NCBI RefSeq assembly: GCF_006345805.1
Contig: NC_043007.1
Coordinates: 77,252,001-77,316,000, forward strand
From: Octopus sinensis
Taxonomy: Eukaryota
Length of the DNA stretch: 64,000 bases
Direction of reading: 5' to 3'
In this document: positions 26,361-40,147 of the stretch, piece by piece
How positions within the stretch are numbered: position 1 is the stretch's first letter
Layout of the letters: every line of letters starts with the position of its first letter
The notes under the pieces: model-generated
Database searches by the model: none
Told to the model about the DNA's origin: nothing
Seen by the model: the letters and a program-made list of their open reading frames with translations, nothing else
Program-made: the position numbers and the translations under genes

Positions 26361-26852
26361 GTCTGTCTCTCTGTCAGTCTGTCTGTGTATCCATGTATGT
26401 TTATCTTCATCTCTCTCTCTTTCTTTCTCTCTCTCAATATGTGTGTGTGTGTGTGTGTGTGTGTGAATTTATAAAGCAAGGAAATAGAATGAACAGGCTT
26501 TAATCATAAATCGCAACTGTTTAGGGGCTTTGGCGACAGCTGTTGCTGTTATGAGGTTATTGCCCAGATGATACTGAGTCGAGGGAGGGAGAGAGAGGAA
26601 GGAGAAAGAGAGACAAGAGAGAGAGAGTGAGCAAGAGAAACCACATATGTGACAGCAAAAGAAACAGATCTCAATATCATTGGAAATAAAGGAGTACATT
26701 TATTAAACGACACAGGTATGGAACAGATGTATCCAGGACTCCGAGTTTCTGCGCAGTGATTCGATACAGGCAGCATTTTTTCAGCTTTTGCAAGTTTAAT
26801 GCATGTTTTTCGGCACTAAACATTCATCGCTTTTTAGACATTAAACATACAC

Positions 26853-27179
26853 CGTGAAGGTGTGGCTTAGTGGTTAGGGCATTCGGCTCATGATTGTAAG
26901 GTCATGAGTTCGATTCCCGGCGACGCGTTGTGTCCTTGAGCAAGACACTTTATTTCACGTTGCTCCAGTCCACTCAGCTGGCAAAAATGAGTTGCACCTG
27001 TATTTCGAAGGGCCAGCCTTGTCACACTCTGTGTCACTCTGAATCTCCCTGAGAACTACGTTAGGGGCACACGTGTCTGTGGATTGCTCAGTCACTTGCA
27101 CGTTAATTTCAGGAGCAAGCTGTTCCGTTCATTGTATCAGCTGGGACCATCGTCGTCGTGACCGGCGGAGTGCTCCTTC
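26853..27179 (+). mobile_element. SINE-F full length, 10-bp TSD
   Basis: GTGAAGGTGTGGCTTAGTGG head, GAGTTCGATTCCC B box, CTTGAGCAAGACAC core, 3' tail shared with SINE-A; TSD AAACATACAC at 26843-26852 and 27180-27189. Confidence 0.85.
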
Positions 27180-27370
27180 AAACATACACTATACTTGCAA
27201 AAATTGATAAAGTGCTACCTGTAGTGAATCACTGCTCAGAATCACAGCTCAGAAACACAGAGTCCTGAATATATGTACCATATTCATGTCATTCAATTTC
27301 CAACGATATTGAGATCTCTTTTAGTCGCCACAGATTTGGTTTGCCTCGCTGTCTCTCCCTTTTTTGTACA

Positions 27371-27403
<33 letters not shown>

Positions 27404-27519
27404 ACACACACACAAACACATGCACACAATACATATGTATGTATATATGCATAGCGCGCACACACACACACATATATGTACAGCCCCTGTCGCTGATATA
27501 TATATTTTTACATACTTTC

Positions 27520-28155
27520 TGGCTAATCGCGACATCACCACCTGTTCTGGCACTCTTTTTACTATATATCGCTGGTGGGGAGAGGAGCCGCAACTATCTC
27601 TAGCGGTCGAGTGTCCATTATTGAAGAGCCCAAAGGAGGTCGAAATCACTTGATCTGGTGGCCTAAATACTGGAGATGATGGAAATTTAATCTCTCCTTT
27701 AGCAATATTAACAAGAGTGCATTTTGTATGAAAACCCAATATAAAATTTTCTCTCATGGTATCTACCGCAATAAAGTTCTAATAGAACACGCACGTTTAA
27801 ATAGGGATAACTATTATCCTTCGGTGTTAATACTGCCACTATCACGAATATATATTTCTGCCAAGCTCACTAGCTAATCGCGACACCAGCGCCTGTTCTA
27901 GCACTGTTTTTCTATACATTGCTGTAGATCGAGTTGCTGCTGTCTCTAGCGGTTGAACGTCCATCATTGAAGAAACCAAAGGAAGTCGAAATCACGTGAT
28001 CTGGTGGTCTAGGCGCTGAAAATGGCGGAGATTCGTCTTCCTGCTAGTGATATAAGCAAGAGTGCATTTGCACCAAAAACTAATATGAGAATTTCTGTTA
28101 TGGTATCTGCCGCAGTATTGTTTGTTTCGATAGAACATCCGCGTTTAAATAGGAA
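27520..28155 (-). repeat. Two diverged tandem copies of a ~290-bp unit, possibly Helitron-like
   Basis: 27520-27810 and 27870-28155 share GCTAATCGCGACA, CTCTAGCGG, GTCGAAATCAC(T/G)TGATCTGGTGG, CAAGAGTGCATT and CGTTTAAATAGG; copy 2 ends CTAG|T on the minus strand. Confidence 0.6.
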
Positions 28156-28156
28156 C

Positions 28157-28315
<159 letters not shown>

Positions 28316-28642
28316 TAGATATAAAAATAGAGTTCGCCAATTGTAAGTTATTTTATTTACTAAAGATTGCTTAAAACCATGCTTAGTACAGGAAATAGAG
28401 GATAAATGTTTTTATTATTCATTCCCTTTCGAAATTACCCCTAATAGTGGTTTGGAGTTTAACTACTTTTTCTAGCGAGTCAGATGTCCTGTTATGGCTA
28501 TCTCTTATGTGTTTAAGTGTACACTGCATTTTTATATTTTTATATGAATAATATATAGTCTATTGACTAGTTTTTTCTTCTCGTTAGACGACTGGTTGCA
28601 AATAATTTTTCTAAATTTTTTTTACTACCTTGAAATTTATTA

Positions 28643-28673
<31 letters not shown>

Positions 28674-28719
28674 AGGGAGAGAGAGACCAGAGAGAGAGAG
28701 ACAGACAGATAGATGGATG

Positions 28720-28812
<93 letters not shown>

Positions 28813-29225
28813 GAGACATAGTCATGTAGGCAACAGATTGACACACAGACAAATATAGTCATCATATAGACAGACATCCATCCAGCCCAGACGGTGATAT
28901 ATATGTACTGATTGATGTATTTCTCACATAGGCAGACGATGGTTAATGAACAGACAGTAAAATTGAAAGATTTGTCTTCCATTCCAAATATTCTTGCTAG
29001 TGTATATAACAGTTTGTTGCAGCTGTTGGTAGGGAAGTTTCGGTCGTGCATTCTCAACTGTTTCTATGTACGCCGTAGTAACTTTTGATGTTTTGTTTTC
29101 AACCTCCCACACCACCTATATTGCAACTTTCTATTGTATTTGAAACCGTAACAATGCCAGCATCTTCATTGTCCTTTTTCGGTTTTTTTAATTTTTGTTT
29201 TGTTTTGTTATTATGGGCTTCTTTT

Positions 29226-29806
29226 AGGCGGCGAAACACTGAACCGTTAGCACGCCGGATAAAATGCTTAGAAGTATTTCGTCTGCCGTTACGTTCTGAG
29301 TTCAAATTCCGCCGAGGTCGACTTTGCCTTTCATCCTTTAGGGGTCGATAAATTAAGTAGCAGTTACGCGCTGGGGTCGATATAATCGACATAATCCACC
29401 TGTCTATCCTTGTTTGTCTCCTCTGTGTTTAGTCCCTTGTGGGTAGTAAAGAAATAGGTATTTCGTCCGTCTTTACGCTCTGAGTTCAAATTCTGCCGAG
29501 GCCGACTTTGCCTTTCATCCTTTCGGAGTCGATTAAATAAGTACCAGTTACGCACTGGGGTCGATGTAATCGACTTAATCCGTTTGTCTGTCCTTGTTCG
29601 TCCCCTCTGTGTTTAACCCCTCGTGGGTAGTAAAGAAATAGGTATTTCGTCTGCCGCTACGTTCTGAGTTCAAATTCCGCCGAGGTCGACTTTGCCTTTC
29701 ATTCTTTCGGAGTTTATAAAATAAGTACCAGTTACGCGCTGGGGTCGATGTAATATACTTATCCACTTCCCCGTTGATGGTCTTGTGCCAAAATTTGAAA
29801 CCGTTA
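29226..29806 (+). mobile_element. SINE-B multimer (head + 2 long units + terminal unit)
   Basis: Three GTTC/GCTC-TGAGTTCAAATTC cores; last unit ends GGTCTTGTGCCAAAATTTGAAACC. Confidence 0.85.
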
Positions 29807-30529
29807 TCATATTTTCTTCCTGTTTCTATATGTCTGTCAGTTTGTGCATATGAAAGCCAGCAAGAGATCTGAATACTTAGATATGGCTGTGTGGTTAAGA
29901 AGCCCGCCTTGCAATCACGTCGTATAATTTCGGGTTCAGTCCTACTGTGCAACGTCTTGGGCAAGTGCCTTCTACTACCGTACAAACTGTATATGTCTTA
30001 ACTCTTTGATTAGTCAAACAACTTTATAGATGCACTTTAGATTTCTGTATGTAACAGGTATCTTACCCTTCACATACAAGTGGTACATCAATGTGAGTGG
30101 CACTCCAATGTGAGTCGTGCATGAGGCTTGTAGAGGGCCATGGCCGATGAAATTCCACTCAGAAAAAGTCAGTTACATTCTTTCTTCAGCGTATTCCCTC
30201 TCTATACGCTGGAATCACTAAAGGTCAATCGCTCGTTTTGCTGAAGCTCGCAGAATAGACAACTTGTCATTAAATGTTGTCAAAGGTCATGAATCAACTT
30301 TGAATATTGTTTCATGTTTTCATGTTGTTGTTGTTTTTTACTTTATTCGTGTTCGTGTAAAAAGCTGAGATTTGAATATTCTGTTTGTGCATTCCGTTTT
30401 ATTATTATTTAAAAAAATATTTTGTAATGATAGGATTTCTTAACGACACATTGTATAAGTGCATGTATGCATATGCATGCATGTATGTATGTATGTATGT
30501 ATGTATGTATGTATGTATGTATGTATGCA

Positions 30530-30596
<67 letters not shown>

Positions 30597-30826
30597 GTAT
30601 ATGTATATACACATATGTATATACATATATATATATATATATCACACATAATTACATGACCGACCAGGCTATCGGATAGTGTTACATATCACCGGTCACA
30701 ATGCGCTTTTACATTGCTTTAGCCTTCAAACGATGCCACCCTACTGGTTAGGCGAGTAGGCCACCAATCCCACCTCCTGATCGAAAGAGGACTGAACACA
30801 ACGCGCCGCCCAGTCATACATATATA

Positions 30827-30871
<45 letters not shown>

Positions 30872-30974
30872 GAGTATATGAGTATGAAGACTGATAAATG
30901 CGGAGACTAATATAAAGATAAAATTGTTTTATAAACAAATATGCACACACTCAACGCCCTCGCATGAACACACA

Positions 30975-31022
<48 letters not shown>

Positions 31023-31029
31023 TATAATA

Positions 31030-31200
31030 CATCAAAATAAGCAACAAGGATATCCAGAGGTAGCATACAGTCGATTTTTTCATGCAATTCCATGTATTGA
31101 ACAATGCAATCATGCTTATTTTGGTTTTAATCACCTTACTTTGAAATTGTATGGATAATACAGTACTAAATTCTGGTTCCTCAACGTAGTGCCATATTCA
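31030..31200 (-). mobile_element. PLE-like fragment related to 16620-16890
   Basis: Shares AAAATAAGCAACAAGGATATCCAGA and TTGAACAATGCAA; HHR core not recognisable. Confidence 0.45.
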
Positions 31201-31205
31201 TCTGA

Positions 31206-31267
<62 letters not shown>

Positions 31268-31273
31268 ATATCT

Positions 31274-31366
<93 letters not shown>

Positions 31367-31525
31367 CAGAAATGGCATAAATAATGTGGTTAACATTTAT
31401 CTATTTGTGGATCTTTTAGCAGAGTACCTTAGAAGCATTTTGCCCGGACTGATAATCTCTCTCCATCTCTCCCTCCCTCTCCCTCTGTTCTCTCTCTCCA
31501 CCTCCCTGTATATATATATATACAT

Positions 31526-32300
31526 CAGTGGCGACCCCGGCACTCGGGTTGTTCGGGCTTAGCCTGAGTATAAATTTAGTAAAGTGAACGTGTATTTGCA
31601 AGTTGATTAATTTCTGCCAACACCGACTTCAAGTATATAAATTCAGCCGATAACTCGGGTTTCTTTTATTGAGCCCGGTCATAGTTCATTTATTTTCGAT
31701 CAGCGTCTGGGGGTCGTCTTAGAGGTTCCCTGTGTTAAAAAATATCATTCGTAGCAGACGTTCTTTCGACATCGTTCACACGTGCCTGACACGGGAAGTT
31801 ACAGCTCGAGTTGTTATCTGTAATCGTAAAAATTAAAAGTAATTCAAATTCAATGTTTTCTTGAAGCAATAAATTTCTATAGAGATTAGGATTTCAATTC
31901 CAATCTGTGAAAAGTTTCCGTTCTAAAATATTCTTAAAAGAAAGAAAAATTTTCCAGCAACTCGTGCTAATACGAACGAGTCTGGTAGGTGTAAAAGACT
32001 AACTGGAATCTCTTGTCAAGAGTACAGGCGACAGTCAGATAGCTGATGTTTGCTGTGCACTCTGTTGTCGTTATTTGATTGCTGTTATTCTGTGCGTCTG
32101 TGTGTAAAGATCAGTTGTGTTTTGCAGGGTTGCTTTATTTTTACCTTAAACTTAGAAATGGAGAAAGACATAGTACTAGATATAAAAAAAAAGCTATTTG
32201 GGCTAGAAATATTGCGAAAAAACATGAAATTCTTCGAGCAGGCATGTGTCTTATTCGAAATCTGTGATAAGCCCGAGTGACGCTGATGACCTGGAGTTGC
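31526..32300 (+). mobile_element. Possible hAT (Tip100/ZMYM1-like) left end with decayed transposase start
   Basis: Begins CAGTGGCG after (TA)n; repeated CTCGGG/CCCGAG subterminal motifs; KKAIWARNIAKKHEILRAG weakly recalls the N-terminus of such transposases; right TIR not found. Confidence 0.3.
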
Positions 32301-32883
32301 CTCTGATATATATATAAAACAAATGGAAGACAGAAGATGGAATAGAGGACAATATATCATTAATCACAACAATTGTTTCGACACATCTGGCATCGACTGG
32401 TTCAGGAGTATCCGGCGGTGTAGATGTATCTCGTCGGGTGATAAATAAAAAAAAAATCTCGTTAAAATGACTGTTCCATAATGCAACTTTCCGTTTTGTA
32501 GAGAGCAAAACAGCCAGATGGAGGAAAATTCTTCATATATATAGAAGATCCAGAAATAAAATTGCAGAAGACAAAAAGAGAAACGAACACTTAATCCGTT
32601 GACAGGTAAGATATGTGTTATGTAAGAAAAAAGAACACTACACATTCATCCAAGCACTGGCTAACGAGAACGACAGATACATTTCGACCTTTTTAGGCCT
32701 TGTCAGTGATGTACTCGCAGCCAAATGGTTTGACGAAACTTGTCGTCTCCAATATAGAAAGCAATGAACAACATATTCGCTGATGTGAATAGCCACCTTG
32801 CTGCATATGAATGTATAGTTCACAATTTCCTATATAGGAGGCGATAGTATAAGTCCGCCCTAACAGCTAGTGCCTACACTTAC

Positions 32884-33470
32884 CTTGGATTATCTGCTCG
32901 CACTACTTTTGTCTGTGACCTAGTCCCTCTTCTTCACTTTTCTTAGTTCATTTGTCTCTATTCTTATTATTTCTGTAGCTGCCAATAGTTCTTTGATTAA
33001 CTCTTGTCTTGCATTTAACATATCTATCCGACCCCATCTCTCTTCCAGATCTTCTCCTAGGTAACTACAATTCTCGCAACACCACCTGACACTCTCACTC
33101 TTCTCGTATCGATTCTGATGTCAAAGACACCCAAAGTTTTGCCGAATTAAAAAAAGCTATCGCAGTTAGTTTTCTCTTATGTTCATATTTCTGGCTGTCA
33201 CGCTAACTCTCCAAGTATGTTTGATGTCTTCTTTATCCCAAAGCTAGCCTTCACATCATCATCACAGTCTTTGCACACTTAAAATCGGTTAATCGGGCTC
33301 TAATACTTCCCACCAAGAACCAATTCCAAGCACACCCTCTGCTCTTTAAAGATCTCTACATACTTTGCATAAATGATTATAACCATTTTCCTCAAGTAAG
33401 CTATCCCGAAAGTGGCACTCCCGTGTATAATGACATCACATTTTCTGCATGCTTCGCCTCCAATATCATT
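32884..33470 (-). pseudogene. Decayed PHD-like Cys motifs + coiled coil, LINE ORF1-like
   Basis: Broken frames give CRKCDVIIH, VCKDC, NCDS and RWCCENC, followed by LEERWGRIDMLNARQELIKELLAATEIIRIETNELRKVK; several stops. Confidence 0.3.
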
Positions 33471-33834
33471 CGGTACACGGGTGCACATACCCTCACACAT
33501 ACTTACACACACACACACAAACACACACACTCGTACTTACACATACACACATACAAACACTCATTCACACTTACACAAACATTCATATACGCATACACGC
33601 AAACACATAACCACTGTCACACGCATATACAGACAAATACGCGCATACACACACGCCCACACAACACATTCACTCATACACATTAACACACACACACATC
33701 ACACTTACAAATAATCACTCACTCATACACACTCACACATACAAACGCACAAACACACACACAAATATACACACTCCCACGCACACACTCACCTCTCTCT
33801 CCCTCTTAAACACAAACATACTCACATACACTCA

Positions 33835-33871
<37 letters not shown>

Positions 33872-34060
33872 TCACACACACACACACAGACCCTCCTTTC
33901 CACGCAAACACACATTCACAAAGCATCGCTTTCCTCGCAACACCAATGACCTTCATCACCTCTTGAACAGAGACCACATGTATGAAAAGCTTTGCGGTCC
34001 CTTCAGCCGGCAACCAATGGACCCTGCAAGTAAACACTATCATTACAGGCATCAAACTGT

Positions 34061-34398
34061 CTGAGACCGCCTTCGGTCACGACACTGGCCATGGGATTGC
34101 ACCTAGAAAGTTACCCTCCCAGGCACAAGTCAGAGCAAGGTTGTTTATGGAAGACCAGCAGTCACCCATGCACACCGGCCTCCCCTCTCCACGCCACCAC
34201 TGTTATCCAAAGGAAAGGCAAAGACCGATACATCTTGGCACCTGTGACGTCGCAACTCAATTTTACAGCTGAGTGAACTGGAATAACGTGAAATAAAGTG
34301 TCTTGCTCAAGAACACAACACGCAGCCCGTCCGGGATTCGAGCTCACAATCTCACGCTTGTAAGCTCGACACTCTAACCTCTGAGTCATGCATCTTCA
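34061..34398 (-). mobile_element. SINE-G full length, 8-bp TSD
   Basis: tRNA-like head, CTTGAGCAAGACACTTTATTTCACG core, TTTCTAGGTGCAATCCCATGG tail; TSD CAAACTGT at 34053-34060 and 34399-34406. Confidence 0.8.
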
Positions 34399-35058
34399 CA
34401 AACTGTACTCTCCAGCTAACTCGCTCACCGTGGTCTTTTTTCTGCATGATGATCTAATCTCCATCACCTGAAATCACATAACGAGTCCCATTTCGCTAAA
34501 CAGTAGCTTCGCAACTGAATTATGAACCTGTCACGTCACTTCTAAATATATAAAAAATAAAGTCAACGAGGGAGCCTCTACATACTTGTTAAATCTGCTG
34601 AAAATAGGTGCCAAATCACTCTCAAATCATACATTTAAGCCAACGAGGTCACCTCTGCATAATTGCTTTATCTGCTAAAAATAGAAGCCAAATTTCCCTC
34701 AAATCTATATACATAAAGCTGAAGTTGTCTGTGTGTGTGTGTGTGTGTGGCAGGTTTGGTAGCCTTCAACTAACACTATCTCCTCCGAGACCCTGCGGCG
34801 CAAGTTGACCAAAATTGAGAGTATGATAGAAGAAAGCTTGCTCTTCATTCCGTAGAAGGAAAAACTCAAATCGAACCATATTAAGACCAAAAATCATTTA
34901 CATCAAAAAGGTGCTTCTTTTGTATGAAATTCCTTATTTTTTACGATTTTTTGACTACTGTGTCGCCATTTTTCGGTGTATTTCAACAAGAAAAATGTTC
35001 ACTTAAAAACTCCCTAGGAATCCACTACAGCCACTTAAACTTCTTCTTACAGGTACCA

Positions 35059-35265
35059 GAATTTTATAGTTCCGTGAAATGCATAAAATGCATATGTAGA
35101 TACATCAACAAGGGTTCCGATGCCGCTTCGTTTGGACTAAAAAAAGATGAAAGTAGAGATGAAGTAAAACAGTACTTAGTTGGTCGCTACATCAGTAGTA
35201 ATGAGGCATTTTGGAGGATATTCGGTTTCCTCATTCATGATAGGTATCCTCCGATACAACATTTA
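35059..35265 (+). pseudogene. Helitron RepHel fragment (Rep motif 3 region)
   Basis: SVKCIKCICRYINKGSD...DEVKQYLVGRYISSNEAFWRIFGFLIHDRYPPIQHL matches the Helitron consensus SVKSIKYICKYVNKGSD...GRYISSNEAVWRI...IHERHP; first motif Tyr replaced by Cys. Confidence 0.85.
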
Positions 35266-35383
35266 GATATTTCTCTTAGACTATGATCAATGAATAGTCT
35301 ACCGTTTTAACTTTGTTAACGCGACATCAAAGTCCGCCGTTTTAAGCGCAACTAAAAAACAAACCCGAACAACGCCGGGCTAT

Positions 35384-35752
35384 GGAAGCACTCCGTCGGT
35401 TACGACGACGAGGGTTCCGGTTGATCCGATCAACGGAACAGCCTGCTCGTGAAATTAACGTGTAAGTGGCTGAGCACTCCACAGACACGTGTACCCTTAA
35501 CGCAGTTCTCGGGGATATTCAGCGTGACACAGAGAGTGACAAGGCTGGCCCTTTGAAATACAGGCACAACAGAAAAAGGAAGTAAGAGTGAGAGAAAGTT
35601 GTGGTGAAAGAGTACAGCAGGGGTCATCACCATCCCTGCCGGAGCCTCGTGGAGCTTTAGGTGTTTTCGCTCAATAAACACTCACAACGCCCGGTCTGGG
35701 AATCGAAACCGCGAGTCCGCTGCCCTAACCACTGGGCCATTACGCCTCCACT
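35384..35752 (-). mobile_element. SINE-A nested in the Helitron 3' end, 10-bp TSD
   Basis: TSD GCCGGGCTAT at 35374-35383 and 35753-35762; short deletion in the tRNA head. Confidence 0.9.
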
Positions 35753-36210
35753 GCCGGGCTATACTGCTAGTCACACAATAAAGCCAACGAGGTAGCCTCT
35801 ACATAATTGCTCTATCTGCTGAAAATAAGAGCTAAATCTCCCACAAATCACACAATAAATACAACCAGGTAGTTTTTACATAATTGCTCAACCTTCTAAA
35901 AATAGGAGTCAAATCTTCAAAAATGCGCAATAAAGACAACAAGGTAGACTCTACATAATTGCTTCATCTGCTAAAAATAGGAGCCAAAATCTCTTTCAAA
36001 TCACGCATCGCTGTTTTGTGAAAAAGAAACGCTGGATAATGTGATGCTGGGCTGCACGTATAAGACGAGATAGTTGAATGCCTGATGTTATAGGACTACT
36101 CAACCAGGGCTGACCAGGGTTTAAACGACAACAACAGCAACAACAATAACAAAACATATCAGAGATACTAGAGGCAATTGTAAGCAACCATTTCTCTTTT
36201 CCGACTTAAT

Positions 36211-36608
36211 GGAATGGAATGGAAGCACTCCGTCGGTTACGACGACGAGGGTTCCGGTTGATCCGAATCAACAGAACAGCCTGCTCGTGAAATTAACGTG
36301 TAAGTGGCTGAGCACTCCACAGACACGTGCACCCTTAACGTAGTTCTCGGGGATATTCAGCGTGACACAGAGTGTGACAAGGCCGGCCCTTTGAAATACA
36401 GGTACAACAGAAACAGGAAGTAAGAGTGATAGAAAGTTGTGGTGAAAGAGTACAGCAGGGATCACCACCATCCCTGCCGGAGCCTCGTGGAGCTTTAGGT
36501 GTTTTCGCTCAATAAACACTCACAACGCCCGGTCTGGGAATCGAAACCGTGATCCTATGACCGCGATTCCGCTGCCCTAACCACTCACTAGGCCATTGCG
36601 CCTCCACC
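36211..36608 (-). mobile_element. SINE-A full length, 13-bp TSD, (TTCCA)n tail
   Basis: TSD TTTCCGACTTAAT at 36198-36210 and 36609-36621. Confidence 0.9.
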
Positions 36609-37761
36609 TTTCCGACTTAATATTCGTACAAAGATCACATACACACAATTATTTAATCTCTTAGTCGGATATTTATAATCCCTCCTTCATATATGTTCGT
36701 CTTGATCACCATTGAGAACTTCGAACTTCCACGAGGATAATTTTATTGCCTTTGGCATGACAATTACCAACTAAAATTACCCCACTTATTGGCACCATCC
36801 ATTTAGATTGTTTGGGGTTAGAAGTCTCCTATGAGACTTCTCAATCATAACATATATTGATAGCCCTTCTCAGATTCACGTTCCATTAACTTATTTTAAT
36901 AACCTAATCCTGAACAGTAATAAAGCTTAGAGTCCATACGTATATCTTTTTATCTTTTGTCTTTTACTTGTCCCAGTCGTTAGACTGCGGCCATGCTGGG
37001 GCATCGCCTCGATGGATCTTTTTTTCAAAATGATCGACCCCAGAGTCTACTTTCGGTTTCTAAGTGGTGTTTATTCAACCGCTCTCTTTCGTCGAACAGT
37101 TAAGGTATGAGGTTGTTAAGCGGTGGGAGGGGACAACCACAAAGACACACACACACAACACACACACACACACAAACACAAACACACACACACACACACG
37201 CACGCGCACACGCACACACACAAACACGCATGCACGCACACATATATTTTATCTCTCACTTGATTCAGTCATTAGAGAGCAGCCGTGATGGGGCTCCGCG
37301 TTAAAGAATTTTTGTCGAACGAATCGACACCAGAACTAGATTTCAAGCATGGTACTTATTTTATCGGTGTCATTTGATAAACCACTGGGTCACAGGGACA
37401 CAAATATACCAACACCCGTTGTCAGACAGTGGGTGGTGGGACACACACACACTAACACAGACACACACACACACCACACTCGCGCGCACACACACTCGCA
37501 CACACACTCGCACACACACTCGCACACACACTCGCACACACACTCGCACACACACTCGCACACACACTCACACACACGCACACACAGAGCAACACACACA
37601 GCAATGCAAACATTTATACTTATATTCATACATCCCAGCCAAATGGCTCCGAGTTCAGTCCCACTGCGTGACATTTGACCAAAGCGTTGTGGGTGGATTT
37701 GGCAGACGGAAACTGAAAGAAGCCCGTGGAACACACACACACCACACACACACATATACAT

Positions 37762-37996
37762 ATATATTTCTTTACTACCCACAAGGGGCTAAACACAGAG
37801 GGGACAAACAAGGACAGACAAACGGATTAAGTTGATTATATCGACCCCAGTGCATAACTGGTACTTAATTTATCGACCCCGAAAGGATGAAAGGCAAAGT
37901 CGACCTCGGCGGAATTTGAGCCCATAACGTAGCGGCAGACGAAATACGGCTACGCATTTCGCCCGGCGTGCTAACGTTTCTGCCAGCTCGCCGCCT
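37762..37996 (-). mobile_element. SINE-B monomer with long tail
   Basis: rc of head plus one unit ending GGGTAGTAAAGAAATA. Confidence 0.85.
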
Positions 37997-38239
37997 ATAT
38001 CTATGCTTATGTGTTTGTGTGTGTGTATGTCTTTCTTTTTGCCCTCTCCTCTACTTGAACAACCGGTGTTAGTGAGTTTACCTCATCATAACTTAACAGT
38101 TCGTAAAAAAAAAACGGATTGAATAAGCACCAGGCTTAAAATAAGAATAGGCATTAGGGTCGATCTATCCATCCATCCATCCATCCATCCATCCATACAT
38201 ACATACATGCATACATGCATGCATGCATGCACACACACA

Positions 38240-38282
<43 letters not shown>

Positions 38283-38289
38283 TGTATAT

Positions 38290-38607
38290 AACGATAAACG
38301 TCGCCCTTTACAAGCCTAGCCAGGCACACGGGCCCGGTTTCCCGGTTTCTCTGGTGTATGTGTTTTCCCCCCAGCTGGACGGGACGCCAGTCCATTGCAG
38401 CGTTACTAAAAAAACAGGAAGAGAGTGTGAAAGAAAGTTGTAGCGAAAAAGTACAACAGGGGGTCGCCACCACCTTCTGCCGGAGCCTTGTGGAGCTTTT
38501 AGGTGATTTCGCTCAATTAAACACACACAACGCCTGGTCTGGGAATCGAAATCGCGATCCTCCGACCGCGAGTCCGCTGCCCTAACCACTGGGCCATTGC
38601 CCCTCCA
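38290..38607 (-). mobile_element. SINE-A head joined to V-domain-like tail
   Basis: Head as in SINE-A; 3' part GGACTGGCGTCCCGTCCAGC and GAAACCGGGAAACCGGG as at 2207-2511. Confidence 0.75.
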
Positions 38608-38839
38608 CACACACACACACATCGCACGCGCACACACATGAATATATGTGTGAGTTTGTATGCTTTAGTTTACTCATCGATGTCGATGTGATGACAACGA
38701 GGCTATCGATGTGTTGTCGAAGTTTTTGAAGGCGTTGAACAGAAGGGAAACCTTTCATACAGTCTAAAACCATGACAATGTGGGCGTGCAGGTGCGTGCA
38801 TATCTGCATGCCTATAAACGCACATTTGTTCGCTTTAGG

Positions 38840-38970
38840 TGTGTATGCGAGGAGTATGTGAATGTGTGGGTGTGTTCGCAGCTGGCTGTGTAGTGAGTGC
38901 GTGTGTGTGTGTGCATGTATACATATATATATGTGTACGTTGCGTGTGTGTGTGTGTATGAGTATGCGTA

Positions 38971-39010
<40 letters not shown>

Positions 39011-39125
39011 TTATGTGTGTTTGTTCGTATATAAAGCAGTATTCAACTCTGTATGATGTTTTCAGTAAATAGATGAGAAGTTTTGTCAGTGTATGTAAAT
39101 GTATATATGTTCGTGTGTGTATGTG

Positions 39126-39177
<52 letters not shown>

Positions 39178-40110
39178 ATGTGAATCTATATAATGCTGTG
39201 TATATGTAATGCTCTGAATATGTATGAAGATATATGTGTAGCAGCAAAAATGGGTGTGTTTGAAGATGTTATGTGTGTGCGCGTGTGTGTGTATATGTGT
39301 GTGTGTCTATGTGTGTATGTGTGTGTGTGCGCGTGTGTGTGTATATGTGTGTGTCTATGTGTGTATGTATGTGTGTGTCTATGTGTGTATGTTGTGTGTG
39401 TGCGCGTGTGTGTGTATATGTGTGTGTGTCTATGTGTGTATGTGTGTGTGTGTGTGTGTAGTTGCGTGATGCTGTGTAAACACTGCTGAGAGAGCGAATG
39501 TGTAGCTGTGGGATCAGATAAGATGAAAAGATAACGAGTGTCAAGTAAGGTGTGTATGTGTGTCTGTGTGTACCTGCGTGCGCGCATGCACGCGTGTGTG
39601 GGTGTGTCTATGAGTGTGTGTATGTGCGTGTGTCTGTGTCTGTGTATGTGTGTATGTGAACCTTATGCGAAGCTACATAACGGTTTGATGTATCAGAGTT
39701 AATACATGTGTGATTGTAGATGTGTGTTTGTGTGTTTGTGTGGAAGATTGTCTATGAGTGTATATGTGTGTGTGTGTATGTGGTGTGAGTGCTGCACGTG
39801 TTTGTGTTTGTGTATGTATGTGGGTGTGTGTGTGTGTGTGTATGAGGTTATAGAAAGCTATATAACGATGTAATGTTTCTGAGTAAGAATAATTGTGATT
39901 TAATGTGTCTGTGTGTGTGTTTTTGTGTGTGTGTGTGTGTGTGCTTCGGTGTATGTATGTGCGACTGAGTGTGTGTATGAGTGTATGAGTATATGGATGT
40001 ATGTGTGAGTGTGTGTGAATGTGTGTTTTTGTGTATGTGTGTGTTTCGGTGTATGTATGTGTATGTGCGACTGAGTGTGTGTTTGAGTGTATGAGTATAT
40101 GGATGTATGT

Positions 40111-40147
<37 letters not shown>

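Larger units (their letters stand above)
34704..35770 (+). mobile_element. Non-autonomous Helitron (~690 bp without the nested SINE)
   Basis: 5' A|TCTATATACATAAAGCTGAAGTTG, 3' CCCG..CGGG hairpin remnant (35364-35379) then CTAG|T; no TSD; excision restores an exact 77-bp host unit. Confidence 0.85.
34559..36008 (+). repeat. Degenerate 77-bp tandem array (5 units), unit 2 split by a Helitron
   Basis: Units start at 34559, 34636, 35780, 35857 and 35932 (AAAGCCAACGAGGTAGCCTCTACATAATTGCT..ATCTGCT.AAAATAG). Confidence 0.85.

Noticed and set aside
27600-27700. Mariner transposase-like SDFDLLWALQ peptide
   Set aside because: The YSPDL motif is not recoverable and frames are not conserved between the two tandem copies.
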